Shown here: piece by piece, positions 38,141-49,870 of the stretch
Layout of the letters: each line of letters starts with the position of its first letter
How positions within the stretch are numbered: position 1 is the stretch's first letter
Assembly (NCBI GenBank): GCA_043228905.1
Contig: JBHGNT010000014.1
Span: 11,222,001 to 11,286,000 of the forward strand
Length of the DNA: 64,000 bases
Reading direction: 5' to 3'
Source: Azolla caroliniana
Lineage: Eukaryota > Plantae > Polypodiophyta
Translations under genes and position numbers: made by a program
Notes under the pieces: model-generated
Database searches by the model: none
The model's input: only the letters and a program-made list of their open reading frames with translations
Told to the model about the DNA's origin: nothing

Positions 38141-41100
38141 AATTCTTGCACTTCTTTTAGAAGGAGGTGGACCAGAGAGAAATGGTGGGCCTATTTTATA
38201 CCATCCGGCAGGACCCCGGGGAGAGCATTCCGCAGTTTGTCATCCGGTTTCAACGGATGCGCAGTCAGCTTACCCGCGCACCTCCGGAGGAAGAAACACG
38301 GGCTATATTCTTAGCCGCGCTCCGAGAACCTCTACGAACGGTATGCACGTTCATCGACTTTCGCACAAGCATCATCGACCAGGTCATCGACCAGGTTAGA
38401 GAAATGGAGAAAATGAGCTCTTGGCTAACAATGGGAGCCCTCCAACGAGTGTTACCAACCGATGAGGATCTCCGGTTCTAGCAAGCAGTCCAATGCATGA
38501 CCTGCTTGAATTCCGGACACTCGTCACTAGAGTGCACCATGTGGACGCACTGCTTACTCTGCCAATCTACGAGCCACACGATGGACTGGTGCGAATATAA
38601 CTTATTGAATCGGCAAGCACCACTAGTCCGGCAAATCGAGCTACGTACCATTCGAGACAAAGAAGACGAACGATGGCGGCGAGAGGAGCGATATTGACCG
38701 GCACAGGATGTCTGGTACGACGATCGGCGAGACAACTATGACCGGTACAAGATATATGACAAGTACCGAGATTACAATGTGTTAGGAAAGAGATCCCTCC
38801 GAATGGGAAGTGAGAAGAACAGTACTGATGAGCAAACTCGATGAGAACCGAATGAGGAATACCCAGCTTCGGAAGAACCGGATGATGAGTACCCGGCTAT
38901 GGAGAGGCGGATGGTGCAGTCCCGGTGAGAACTAGATGACGAGTACCTGGCAAGCACTGGATGATGCAGGCCCGGTGAGGAGTGCTCACCGGATGAAGAA
39001 ACATATTCGTAAATATGTTTTCTAAGAGTCCATCGTGGCTATATTTGTAAATAGCCAAAAGGTCATATTAGTATAAATATGACTTAGGGAAAACTTTTGT
39101 AATGTGTGTTGTTGTCATTTTCTTGTTGGCGCAAAATTAGAGCGCAACAATGTACAGAGAGAGAGAGAGAGAGAAAGAGACGAAGAGGTCGTTGCCTCTG
39201 TTGTAACCGCCACCTGTGGCGAAGACAGTGAACAAGAGGTTGTTGCCTCTGTGTTCATCTTTTGTATATTCTTACATAGTGATATTAGCAGTCAGTGGAC
39301 TGCCGTGGTTTTTCCCGTGTTTGGGTTTTCCACGTAAACATCCTGTGTACTCTTCTCTTACCTTTGTGTCGTGCATTCATTCCCCGTTTTCTGTGTTTGA
39401 TTCTAAGCTCGGTTGTGGCTGAGCATTGTTCATCGGGAGCGTGTAGTTTCCTGTCACAATGGACGGTACAAGCATCACAACCGGGATCACTCCCCCGGGT
39501 ATCACCAACGACGAGAAGATTACAGGAGATATGACGACCAACCCCGTCAAGGGTACCGCAATAAAAAGAACTTTAATAAAAAACGGCATTTTAAAAAAGG
39601 GAGCCACCCACGTGAACCGGAAAAAGGCACCTCAAGTAGCCAACCAAACCAAAGCCCCGCGATTACCACAGGTCCTCCACCGGGTACAGGAAACAATGCT
39701 GAATCCAACAATACCCGGAAAGCATATTGCTATTATTGCCGGCAAGAAGGACATTATAGTAATCAATGTCCGGCAAAGAGCTATGACAAGCGACCGACAG
39801 TAAACATGGTAGTCGTCGAAGTCGCAGACCTACAGCAGGTTACCACAAGGTCGAAGGGCAAGACAACGGAATGGGAGACACAAGAGGCCATCCGGAAGCA
39901 GGCAACGGAATGGGTGGAAAAGGCAAATGAGCGAAACGTAGCAGAACTTGTGCAGCCAAAGGAGAACACCGAAGAGCTCGTCGGCGGCAGTCAAACTGAA
40001 AACGCGACATGGCAGGCATTGCAGGAGTGCCAAATCACAATGCCATTGGGACGGCTCCTGCAACTAGTGCCCAGATTCACAGAAGGACTCAAGACAGGCA
40101 TGACGGCAAGAGAAACACCACTGGCACCAATATTCTTCTCAAATCCAGAGGAGGGACCAGCGGTGGTAGACACAAACAGTCTGGCGATCACAGCCATCGT
40201 GAAGGGAAAGGAGTTACCCGGAATAGTAATAGATGGAGGATCCGACGTCAATGTGATTAGCCTCCGAACATGCACAACTTTGGGAATCCAAGAGTGGGAA
40301 CCATGCCCGTTCTGGCTACGGATGGCGGATACAAGCTCAGTGCGACCGACCGGCTTCATACGAGATTTGGAAGTAACAATCGGCGGCCACACATTTCGCA
40401 TCTCGGCGGTAGTGCTACAATTACAGGCACAAGGAGTGTACCCGCTATTGTTGGGACGGCCGTGGCTAAAAACGGCGCACATTAAACAAAATTGGAGGAA
40501 GAATATAATTACCCTCCGGCGTGGAAAAGCAAAAGTACGGGTACCGACACAACCACGGACGGGTACCGGGAAGGAATTAACACCCCTATATGCCAAATGT
40601 GTCAATATGCTGGACGGATTAGCAGACGAAGAGGTGGATCAATACTTGCAAGATAATTTGAAGATAGTACCCCTGTTCGAAATTGACGTAGCTGAAGCCG
40701 TATCAACATACATACTACCACCGGACGGAGCGGACGAAGAACCAAATAAAGAAGCAATCTGGGAGCTACAACAAGCACAAGAAGCGTTCGAAAGAGAAAT
40801 GGCCGTATCACAATGGGTCAAAGCATCCCAACTAGAGGAGGTAAATCTAGGAACTACGGAAGAGGCAAGACCGGTGCAGATAGCCAAGGAAATGACTATG
40901 GAGAACAGAACGACGATGGTTACACTTCTCAAAGAGTTTCGGGATGTCTTTGCCTGGTCCTACAAGGATATAAGAGGGCTTGATCCTCAGCTATATCAGC
41001 ATCGGATACATTTGAGCAAAGACGCCAAACCGATAGCACAGCGACGGTACCGGATAAATCCAAACTACGCCGCCAAAGTCAAGGAAGAAATCAACAAGTT

Positions 41101-43841
41101 GCTGAGGGTTGGCTTTATCCGTCCCGTAAAGAAATCTACATGGCTGAGCCCGACAGTAGTCGTACCAAAGAAAAACGGCAAAATTAGAGTATGTGTCGAC
41201 TACCGGAAGCTTAATGCGGTGACGGTAACTGATGCATTTCCACTTCCATTTACGGATGGAGTTTTGGACCCAGTCGCCGGCCATGAGGTATACAGTTTTT
41301 TAGACGGATTCAGCAGATACAACCAGATCCGGATGCACCCCGATGACCAGGAGAAAACGGCTTTCGTCACTGTTTGTTGCCGTAGTGATGATGTTCGGAC
41401 TAAAAACGGCGCCAGCAACGTTCGAAAGGATCATCATGGAAATATTCGGAGAATTCATACTGGCATTCATGCAGGTGTTCCTCAACAACTTCGTCATTTA
41501 CAGCCGGGAAGAAGACCACCTTCAGCACCTCCGACTGTATCTAGAAAAGTGTAGGACTTACCGGCTAAGCCTGAATCCGGCGAAGTGTGTATTCGGCGTG
41601 TCCAGTGGAACGCTACTGGGGCACATTGTGAGCAAGGAAGGCATCACCGTGGATCCGGACAAAGTAAAAGCAATCCTGGAGGCACCGGCACCAAAAACGG
41701 CAAAGGCATTGAGCTGTTTCTTAGGACAAATCCGTTCGCATAGCCGAATGCTCCGGTATTTGGCGGACCTAGCTACACCACTGCATGTTGCGGTACACCG
41801 AACACCGTTCCAGTGGACCGATACCGAAGATAAGGCGTACCGGGCACTAAAAGTTCTATTGTCGCAAGCGCCGGTAGTGCAACCCCCGGATTGGGCGAAG
41901 GAATTTCATGTGTTCATGGATGCGTCCGACATTGCAATCGGGAGTGCGCTGATGCAACTTACGGAGCCAAGATGGTACCGGCATGTATGTTACGCAAGCC
42001 GGAAGTTATCCCAAGCCGAACGAAATTACTCCACCACGGAAAGGGAAGCTTTAGGCATGATCTACAGCGTAACAAAATTCAGGCACTATTTATTGGGAAG
42101 AAAGTTTTCCTTCCATGTAGATCACTCGACACTCATCTACCTTGTGTCCAAAGCGTCACTTACCGGTAAGTTGCCCCGGTGGACTTTGCTATTACAGGAA
42201 TTCGAATTCGATATATTCCACCGACCTAGCATACAACATGCGGTAGCAGATTATTTAAGCCGGTTAGATTCTGGCAAAACCGGCGACGGAGTACCGGACG
42301 AGTTTCCGGATGCTGAGCTATTTTGAGTCACTGCGGAAATGGCAACAGATGAAACGGTGGCACCAGAAGATAAGTGGCTAACGAATATGCACCAATTTCT
42401 GAGCAACGTATTGCCTCCGGAGGAGATGAACCGGGACGAGAGGAAGCGCCTAACGGTACAAAGCCGGCACTTCTATTTATTACAGGACACGCTATACCAC
42501 AAAGGTGTGGACGGTATATGGCGACGAGCGGTGCGTAGCAACGAGAAAGAGATAATACTACGGGAAGCACACTACGGAGTCGCCGGATGTCATTATGCCA
42601 GGGATGCGACGACAAGGAAGATATGGCAAAGTGGCCTATGGTGGCCGACTACATTGAAAGACGCAGTCTGGTACGCGAAAGAGTGTGATCTATGCCAGCG
42701 AATGGGCCAACCAATGGAACAAGCTAGGATGCCGCATCAACCAGTACTACCACTAGAACCATTTCAGAAATGGGGACTGGATTTTGTCGGTCCATTCAAA
42801 CCACCGGCGATGAGAACTGGCAACCGGTATGTTATCGTCGCGACGGACTACTGTACTAAATGGGTGGAAGCCAAAGCCTTACGAGACAACACCGTGGCGT
42901 CGACGGCAAAATTCTTATACAAATACATTTGGTGCCGGTACAGATGCCCCATAGAGCTGATAAGCGACCAAGGAGGGCACTTTCTTGTACAGGTAGTGGA
43001 GAGCTTGACGTCATTCTATGCGGTAGTACATAAACGGAGCACCCCGTACTACCCACAAGCCAACGGATTAGTTGAGTCAACAAACAAAACGCTGCAAAAT
43101 ATCCTGCGCAAGATCGTCAATGAGAATCGGACAGATTGGGACACGAAGCTGCATAGTGCGCTATGGGCTTACCGAACAACGTACAAAACAAGCATCCGAA
43201 CAACGTCGTTCCGGTTAGCATTCGGATTAGAGGCAGTCATGCCGGTTGAATTCCAGGTACTGAGCTTACGGATTCAGATTCGGGAACTACTCAATGAAAA
43301 GGAATCAGAGGCAATTCGGTTAAAGGCTCTGTGTGAACTAGAAGAACACCGATTGGCGAGCATCATGCACCTGGAATTGGAACAACGGCGACGGAAAGCG
43401 TTTGTAGATCGGCACAGGAAGGGAAACAAAAAGATGTTCGAAATCGGCAAGCCGGTACTAGTGTTCCAGACCCGGATGGGTAAAATGCCAGGCAAACTAC
43501 GGTTTAGATGGACCGGACCGTACTGGATCACACGCGGGTTCAATGGGTCTTACCAATTAGGGACACTTGCCGGCGAGGTGCTAGGTAAATGGGTCAACGG
43601 ATTTAGACTAAAACCATACAAAGGACCTATGCCCAAGAACCCATTTGAACGAAGGGCCGCCACCGAATCAGACGTCGGCAGGCCAACCACGACGGCAACC
43701 CGTGAGGAAAACGGCTACCACCAAGCCGGTAAGGGGGAGCACGAGCCGGCAACCGGGGAAAGCATAACGACAGCAAACCATCAAGAGGTCGGCAAGGTGC
43801 GCGTTTCGGGTAAGGGTCCGACAGGACCGGAGAAAAATTAA
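38141..43841 (+). pseudogene. gag-pol: gag-pol of B2 (interrupted by a solo LTR)
   Basis: ORFs 39413-41554 (knuckle, PR, RT N-term), 41343-42326 (RT/RH), 42339-43841 (INT). Confidence 0.92.
38780..39456 (+). repeat. Solo LTR, Copia family H-like
   Basis: TG...CA; TSD CAATG at 38775-38779 and 39457-39461; B2 gag resumes after it. Confidence 0.93.
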
Positions 43842-44320
43842 CCACACAATTAACTTTACAAAAAAAAAAATAAATTGAATGGAATCAAATAAATCATGAA
43901 AAGGAGTGGTGGAAACGGCCATGCAAACGAGGAGTAAAGAGGCACGTCGAAAAGGTACAAGGGGCTATGAATAGGACATTAAACCACCGCCACATGACAC
44001 GCAATGTTATTATAGTACACGACCTGCACATGTGGAGGCTCGAAAAAGGCGCCAAGATGCAGAGAGAAAAACCCCCACGCATCGAGACCTTCTCCTTTCG
44101 CGAACCAAGGACAACATACGCAAACAGACGCGTGAAGATCAATCGCAGAGAACTCGCACACAGAGAACCCCCTCATTCAAAACTTTCTCTCTCACACTCT
44201 CCCCACCATCAAACCTCGCCAACGCTCTCTGACCTCGACGTAGAGATGGACTGCCAAACGTTGTCTGAAGCCGCCAAGAAATAACTACGGCAGCATGGAC
44301 TGGAGGGTTTCTTAACGATC

Positions 44321-46717
44321 ATGGAGGCAGCGCCACACAAGGAGGCTGAAAAGATTTTCAAAGAAATCGACACAGAGGTGATCACGGAGGAGGTGATCCG
44401 TGCGTTAACAAGCCTTCCGGAGGGAGGCATCTACACGATCGATAATCCAACCTCCGAGCAGCTCATCAAATATTTCGGTGAGTACTCTCTCGCCAGCAAG
44501 GGCTACAGGACACAGGGCGACGAAGACATGTTATTCCGCGAAATTGCCCGTGTACTCCATGAGTTCGGCCACGTGTACCCTCGACCCCCCGTCATGCCTC
44601 AGAACCGAGCAGGCTTGATTATCGCGACGTACGAAGGGGTCAAGGTGGATTGGCCGGTGCTAATCGTTGACGGGCTGTGTACGGCTATTGATATAATAAG
44701 AGGAAAGGACGGCAAGGAAGGCCAGAAAATATGGCATGCGGTGACGCAATGGCTCACCCTATTGGCGCCACCGGTCGAGCCCGTCCAAACCAAGAAGCGG
44801 GGAAGAGAAACGGACGGCACCCCGAAACCTGCTTCGAAATGGCAACAATTGTTGGCCTCCAAGGCCACTAAGGGGAAAACGGTTGACGCAAAGAAGGCGG
44901 CAAAGGAGCGCGTCAGCCGGAAGCAGCCGACGAACACCCACGATGAGACACCGGCACGGCCCCTGAAGAGCCCACTCCACCGACCGGTGCAACAAGAAAC
45001 GGACACCCTAGCGGCAAGAATGAATGTCGGGACTCAGGCGGAGGAAATGGAGGAAGAACCCACGGAGCACCTTCAGCGGAAGCCGGTGAAGAGCACCGTG
45101 GAATTAGCCGAGAAGCGTTCGGACCCACAGAAGGATGGAACGCCCGCAACTCACACTGAGCATCCCACGCCAAGGGAGTCACCGGAACCGGTTCGGATAG
45201 AACTAGTCGCAGAAGTCCATGCGCAACAGGCAGCACCGGCAAGCCCCGTAACTCAAGAGCCGGAAATACAAAGGCCAACCTTCCCAGCCGGCCAAGAACA
45301 AGCAGACAAGGGGCGGCTAGCCAAAACACACTCAGAGCCGGAACAACAAAGTGGTCAGCTGGCAGAACCAGAAGTGCAGCTCGACGCAGTAAAGCGGGAC
45401 CAGCCACTGGCGAGTGAACCCATCAGCCAACCCTCCGTGCAAGCGCAACAACAGTGCACCGATAGCCAATGGCTCTGGGTGATAGGAGAAGAAATTGATG
45501 GAGTAGTCAGATGCATAGAGGCGGAAGAAAGAGCGCAAACGGAACGGTTGCTCGTCACAACCGATGAACTGGAGACGGCCCGGTCAAGGATTAGGTGGCT
45601 CGAACAAGACTTGGATCAGATCACAGGAGACATGGCCAAAAAGGCCTTAACCGCAACGCACATCCAAGCACCGGTGACTCCGGTGGATGTACAGAGGAAT
45701 AAGACCCCGGAGACACAAACTGTCCAGGAGAAAGATGCGGCACAAGCCCAAGAGCTTGCGGAATTACGAGATGAACTTGCCGCACAAGAAGCATTACGGA
45801 GCCGCGAACGCGACTTGAAGAAGGCGGCCGAAGAAGAATTAAAGAAGACTATTGAGAACCTCCGCCGGGCAGAGGAAAACCTGCGTAAAGGACATCATGC
45901 TTACGACCGGCTAAAGGAGGAAAAGGAGAAATTGCTGCAGGAAAAAGACAAGCTGCGACGGATGGCGGAGACGGAAATCGAGAGGCTGAAGGAGGAACTC
46001 CGTCAACAGAAGGACCAGGAGGACCGCGCGCGCCAGCAGATCAACCAGAGGCTAAAGCAGAAGACCGATGATTTTGATCATCTGCATCGGGACTACAAGC
46101 AGCTGGAGACGAAGTATAAGCAACAACAGGAACAGATGGCCAAGCTCCGGCAAGAAGTTGATAGGGCCACAACGGCACTCGCCGACGAACGACCTGAGAG
46201 TTCCAAGCTATTGGAGGAAGCGGCGATGGACCGGATGGAGTTCCACAAGCAAAACCATGAAGAAAAAGAAAGGGCGACAATGGTGTTACAGAGGTTGCAA
46301 ACAACCTATCAAAGTCAATTGTCGCATTATCGGGAGCAGGAAGCGGACACGGTCCGAATCATCAAGCAATTGAAAGAGGAGCGACAAGCCACAGAAAATA
46401 AATCACGGATGGGAGCCGAACGGATCCAGTGCATCCTCTGGTCATGGCTCACTAAGACCAAAAGCTTGATTGACGACAGCTCTGTGCGTTGGTGGACGAA
46501 ATGGGCGCAGAATACGGCGGAACTCCAATTGCTATGGACGGACGTGGAAAACCGGCGGAAGGAGGGTGACGACTGTTATACGCTGACATCGGAGGACTTC
46601 ACCGCCATAAGGGATGAGCTGGCTGAAGATTTCACAGCCCTGGCGGATGAACAATTGGTGCGGGTCCGGCAGCTGTTAGCTCAGCTGGACGACGATCAGC
46701 TGGAGGCTCAAATCTAG
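44321..46717 (+). CDS. Extra ORF of B2: N-terminal globular domain, P/E/T-rich linker, long coiled coil (true ORF probably about 44247-47044)
   Basis: 798-aa open frame in sense after pol; homologs in B1 and A; E/K/Q/R-rich helical C-terminal half; no obvious transmembrane segment. Confidence 0.8.
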   Translation: MEAAPHKEAEKIFKEIDTEVITEEVIRALTSLPEGGIYTIDNPTSEQLIKYFGEYSLASKGYRTQGDEDMLFREIARVLHEFGHVYPRPPVMPQNRAGLIIATYEGVKVDWPVLIVDGLCTAIDIIRGKDGKEGQKIWHAVTQWLTLLAPPVEPVQTKKRGRETDGTPKPASKWQQLLASKATKGKTVDAKKAAKERVSRKQPTNTHDETPARPLKSPLHRPVQQETDTLAARMNVGTQAEEMEEEPTEHLQRKPVKSTVELAEKRSDPQKDGTPATHTEHPTPRESPEPVRIELVAEVHAQQAAPASPVTQEPEIQRPTFPAGQEQADKGRLAKTHSEPEQQSGQLAEPEVQLDAVKRDQPLASEPISQPSVQAQQQCTDSQWLWVIGEEIDGVVRCIEAEERAQTERLLVTTDELETARSRIRWLEQDLDQITGDMAKKALTATHIQAPVTPVDVQRNKTPETQTVQEKDAAQAQELAELRDELAAQEALRSRERDLKKAAEEELKKTIENLRRAEENLRKGHHAYDRLKEEKEKLLQEKDKLRRMAETEIERLKEELRQQKDQEDRARQQINQRLKQKTDDFDHLHRDYKQLETKYKQQQEQMAKLRQEVDRATTALADERPESSKLLEEAAMDRMEFHKQNHEEKERATMVLQRLQTTYQSQLSHYREQEADTVRIIKQLKEERQATENKSRMGAERIQCILWSWLTKTKSLIDDSSVRWWTKWAQNTAELQLLWTDVENRRKEGDDCYTLTSEDFTAIRDELAEDFTALADEQLVRVRQLLAQLDDDQLEAQI

Positions 46718-47079
46718 TTTGAGAGCTATGAGTGGTCCCGGCTTCGGGAAGAAAAAGCGAGAAAGGCGGCAACGGTCAACCTTAGTGACGAGGAACCATC
46801 GCCGGTACTAGGACCAAACGGGGACCAGGCCGGGGTCAGTCAACCAGAGACAACTCCGACGGAGGAACCAACGAAGGAAACGTCGGTGCCAGAGCGACAA
46901 ACGGAGCCGCAACCCCAAACAGAGAAGGTACAAACGGAGCAGCCACAGCCACACACGGAACAGCAACCACAGCAGCAACGGATTCCCGACGAGCCACTGG
47001 AAATTCTGGAGCAAAGCATTCTGGACATTTTGGACGAAGCGTAAAAGGGCCGGATAATGGGTTCGACGTACAAGGTACT

Positions 47080-47096
47080 GTCCCATGGGCGTGCCA
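47080..47096 (-). other. Inverted tRNA-Arg PBS at the PPT position of B2
   Basis: GTCCCATGGGCGTGCCA-TG-[3' LTR at 47099]. Confidence 0.8.
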
Positions 47097-47759
47097 TGTG
47101 TTACCGGCTGGCAAGAAGGCTTAAGCAGGTTCAAACCAGAGTGTGAAAGGAATAGTTTATTTGGGAACTGTTGTAATTAGTAGTCTTAAAATATATTGTA
47201 ATATATGAGAAGATGTGGACAAACGGACCGGAATCGGTATGCCGATCCGGATCCGGACCGATCCCGAAAAGGTGCCGATTGGCACCGTTTTGTATTTCGC
47301 ACCGGAGACCTATATAAAGGCCCGGTTACAATGTAATCGAGAGCGGATAATTAATAGAACTTATTGCTTTAATCTTTCAGCATTGATTACTATTTTGTAC
47401 TCATTGTTATATCTTACGCGTGTTAATGATGTGTTGCTAAGTAATCGATTAAGGTCTAATTAAGCGTTGTGTCGTAAGTCATCTTGCCGTAACACCCTTT
47501 GGTGAAGTGTCTTAAGTGGACACCCTGTGTTAGGCTGTTGTCTGGCCCTAGGATTAACAAGAGCCGAGAGGGAGATTGACCAGAAATTGAAAGCAGTTCA
47601 AGCGGATAACCAAGGAGAATACCAAGGATCATTCGAAGAATATTGCCGAGCGAAGGCAATTCGACTTGAGTACACTATGTCGAAGACGCCAAAGGTCAAC
47701 AGGCTAATCGAGAGGATGAACCAGACCACCATGGAGAGGGTCCGAAGTATGTTACCACA

Positions 47760-49149
47760 TGTTGGGAAACAGGTCTCTCCGAATGGGAAGAAGAGAATGA
47801 ACCGAATCAGATGGAATCAATGGGTAATTTGGCCGAGGCCGAAATCGAAAATCAAGAGACTATATTTGTAAATAGTCTAAAGGTGCCCCATGTGGGCTAT
47901 ATCTGTAAATAGCCATAAAGTTATATATGTATAAATACAACTAGGGAAAACCTTATGAGGAGTAGTGAATCATTCGTAGTTGATCATTGTTGTAAAGTTG
48001 TAGAGTGTAGTTGCCTCTATAACTAGTAAGAGTGAGAGTAGTAACTTGTTAGGAAACAAGTCCCTCCGGATGGGAAGTGAGAAGAACAGTACTGATGAGC
48101 AAACTCGGCCGATAGGCCGAGGCCGAAACCGGATGAGTAGTACCCGGCAACGGAAGACCCGGTGAGAACCGGATGAGTAGTACCCAGCAACGGAAAACCC
48201 GGTGAGAACCGGATGAGTAGTACCCGGCAACGGTAGACCCAGTGAGAACCGGATGAGAAGTACCCGGCAAGAGCCGGATGGTGAAGACCCGGTGAGAACC
48301 GGATGAGAAGTACCTGGCAAGAGCCGGATGGAGAAGACCCGGTGAGAACCGGATGACAAGTGCCCGGCAAGAGCCGGATGATGCAGGCCCGGTGAGGAGT
48401 GCTCACCGGATGAAGGGACATATTCATAAAAATGTTTCCTGAGAGTCCATCGTGGCTATATTTGTAAATAGCCGAAAAGTTATATTAGTATAAATATGAC
48501 TTAGGGCAAACTCTTCTAGTGTGTTGTTGTCATTCTTGTTGGTGCAAGACTAGAGAGCCCGTAACAGTGTATAAAGAGAGAGAGAGAGAGGAAGAGGTTG
48601 TTGCCTCTATTGTAACCACCGCCTGTGGCGAAGATCGTGAGCACGAGGTTGTTGCCTCCATGAACTCACTGTTGTAATCATTGTGATATAGTGATATTTT
48701 GGAGTCGGTGGACTCCCGTGGTTTTTCCCTCTCAGGGTTTTCCACGTTAAACATCCTGTGCACTCTTCTCTCACCTTTGTGTCATGCGTTCATTACCCAT
48801 TTTCTGTGTTTGATTTTAGACTCGGTTGTGGCCGAGCGTTGTTCATCGGGAGCGTGTAGTTCCTATCATAACTCTACCGTCGTCTATTAGACAAAGACAA
48901 GCTCGAGGTTGTTGCCTCTGAGTCTCCTTGTACTCCTCTCCATATACTTAGGGATTTCTTTCTTGGGGTTTGTGGGTCCCCGTGGTTTTTTTTTCCTTTT
49001 TCAGGTTTTCCACGTAAAATATATTATGTCTCTGCTCTCTGTTTTTTTTTGTACTTTCTATTTTCTGTTTTGTTTGTGGACTATCTCATTCGATTCTTTG
49101 ACCTGCATTCTTATACGAAGAAACCGGTTGTGGCCGGTTACGATCCTTA
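47760..49149 (+). repeat. Solo LTR (H-like) inserted in Copia integrase
   Basis: TGTTGGGAAAC start; end resembles the 32735 LTR end; TSD degenerate; integrase reading resumes after it. Confidence 0.75.
48047..48868 (+). repeat. Solo LTR (H-like) nested inside the previous solo LTR
   Basis: TG...CA; TSD TAACT at 48042-48046 and 48869-48873; similar to 38780-39456; internal 40-50-bp CCGGATGAG repeats. Confidence 0.93.
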
Positions 49150-49870
49150 TACATGCCAAGTTGTTGAAGACGTTTTGGGTTGAGGCGCTGATGACAATAT
49201 CATATGTGATAAATAGATCACCCTCAACACCCTTGGATGGAGATATTCCACAAAGGGTGTGAACTGGGAAGGATATCTCATACCAACACTTGAGGGTGTT
49301 CGATTGTCTTGCCTACGTGCATGTCGCTAAGGACCATAGGGGAAAACTGGATCCAATACTCGGCCATGCATATTTTTGGGGTATGATGATGACAAATTCG
49401 GTTATCAGCTATGGGACTTAGCCAAGAAGAAGGTCGTTTGAAGCCGAGACATAGTCTTCATGGAGGAAAAGTCTATTGTCGACTTGGAGAAGGAGAAATT
49501 AAACACATCCTCCTGACCAGTCGAAAGTCGAAAGCCGATTGAAGAACATGGAAAGCTGATTGAATTCAGACAAGGAGTTAGAGTCGGACCGAGATTCAGG
49601 TCGGTCAAAGACTAGTCGGGAGTTGGAGTCGGACGTAGAGTTAGATCCCATGAGGAAGAAGTAGTCAAATCCGACCCAGACGAAGAACCAACCGATGGAG
49701 AAGACAAAGATCCTAGCAAGCCGGCTGACGAAAGCAGAGGAAGGTGATACCCCCGGAGATTCCCAGATAAAGAATATGTGTTACTATCTGACAAGAGGGA
49801 GCCAGAAAGCTTCGAGGAAGCAAAGAGGGACACCCACAACCGTAAGTGGTTAAGTGTCATGCAAGAGGGA

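Larger units (their letters stand above)
38141..47559 (+). mobile_element. Gypsy element B2, 5'-truncated, 3' LTR 47099-47559, abutting Copia integrase
   Basis: Collinear with B1 from 11277 onward; gag-pol to 43841, extra ORF, LTR. Confidence 0.93.
47560..49870 (+). pseudogene. pol: Copia integrase/linker fragment split by nested solo LTRs
   Basis: KLKAVQADNQGEY...ERMNQTTMERVRSML | HAKLLKTFWVEAL...INRSPS; EPESFEEA. Confidence 0.87.

Noticed and set aside
39413-39460. Start of the 713-aa ORF as a real N-terminus
   Set aside because: It begins inside a solo LTR; chance read-through into B2 gag-pol
44321-46717. Host SMC/myosin-like gene or envelope glycoprotein
   Set aside because: Lies inside the element at the same position in B1, B2 and A; no signal peptide or transmembrane segment seen
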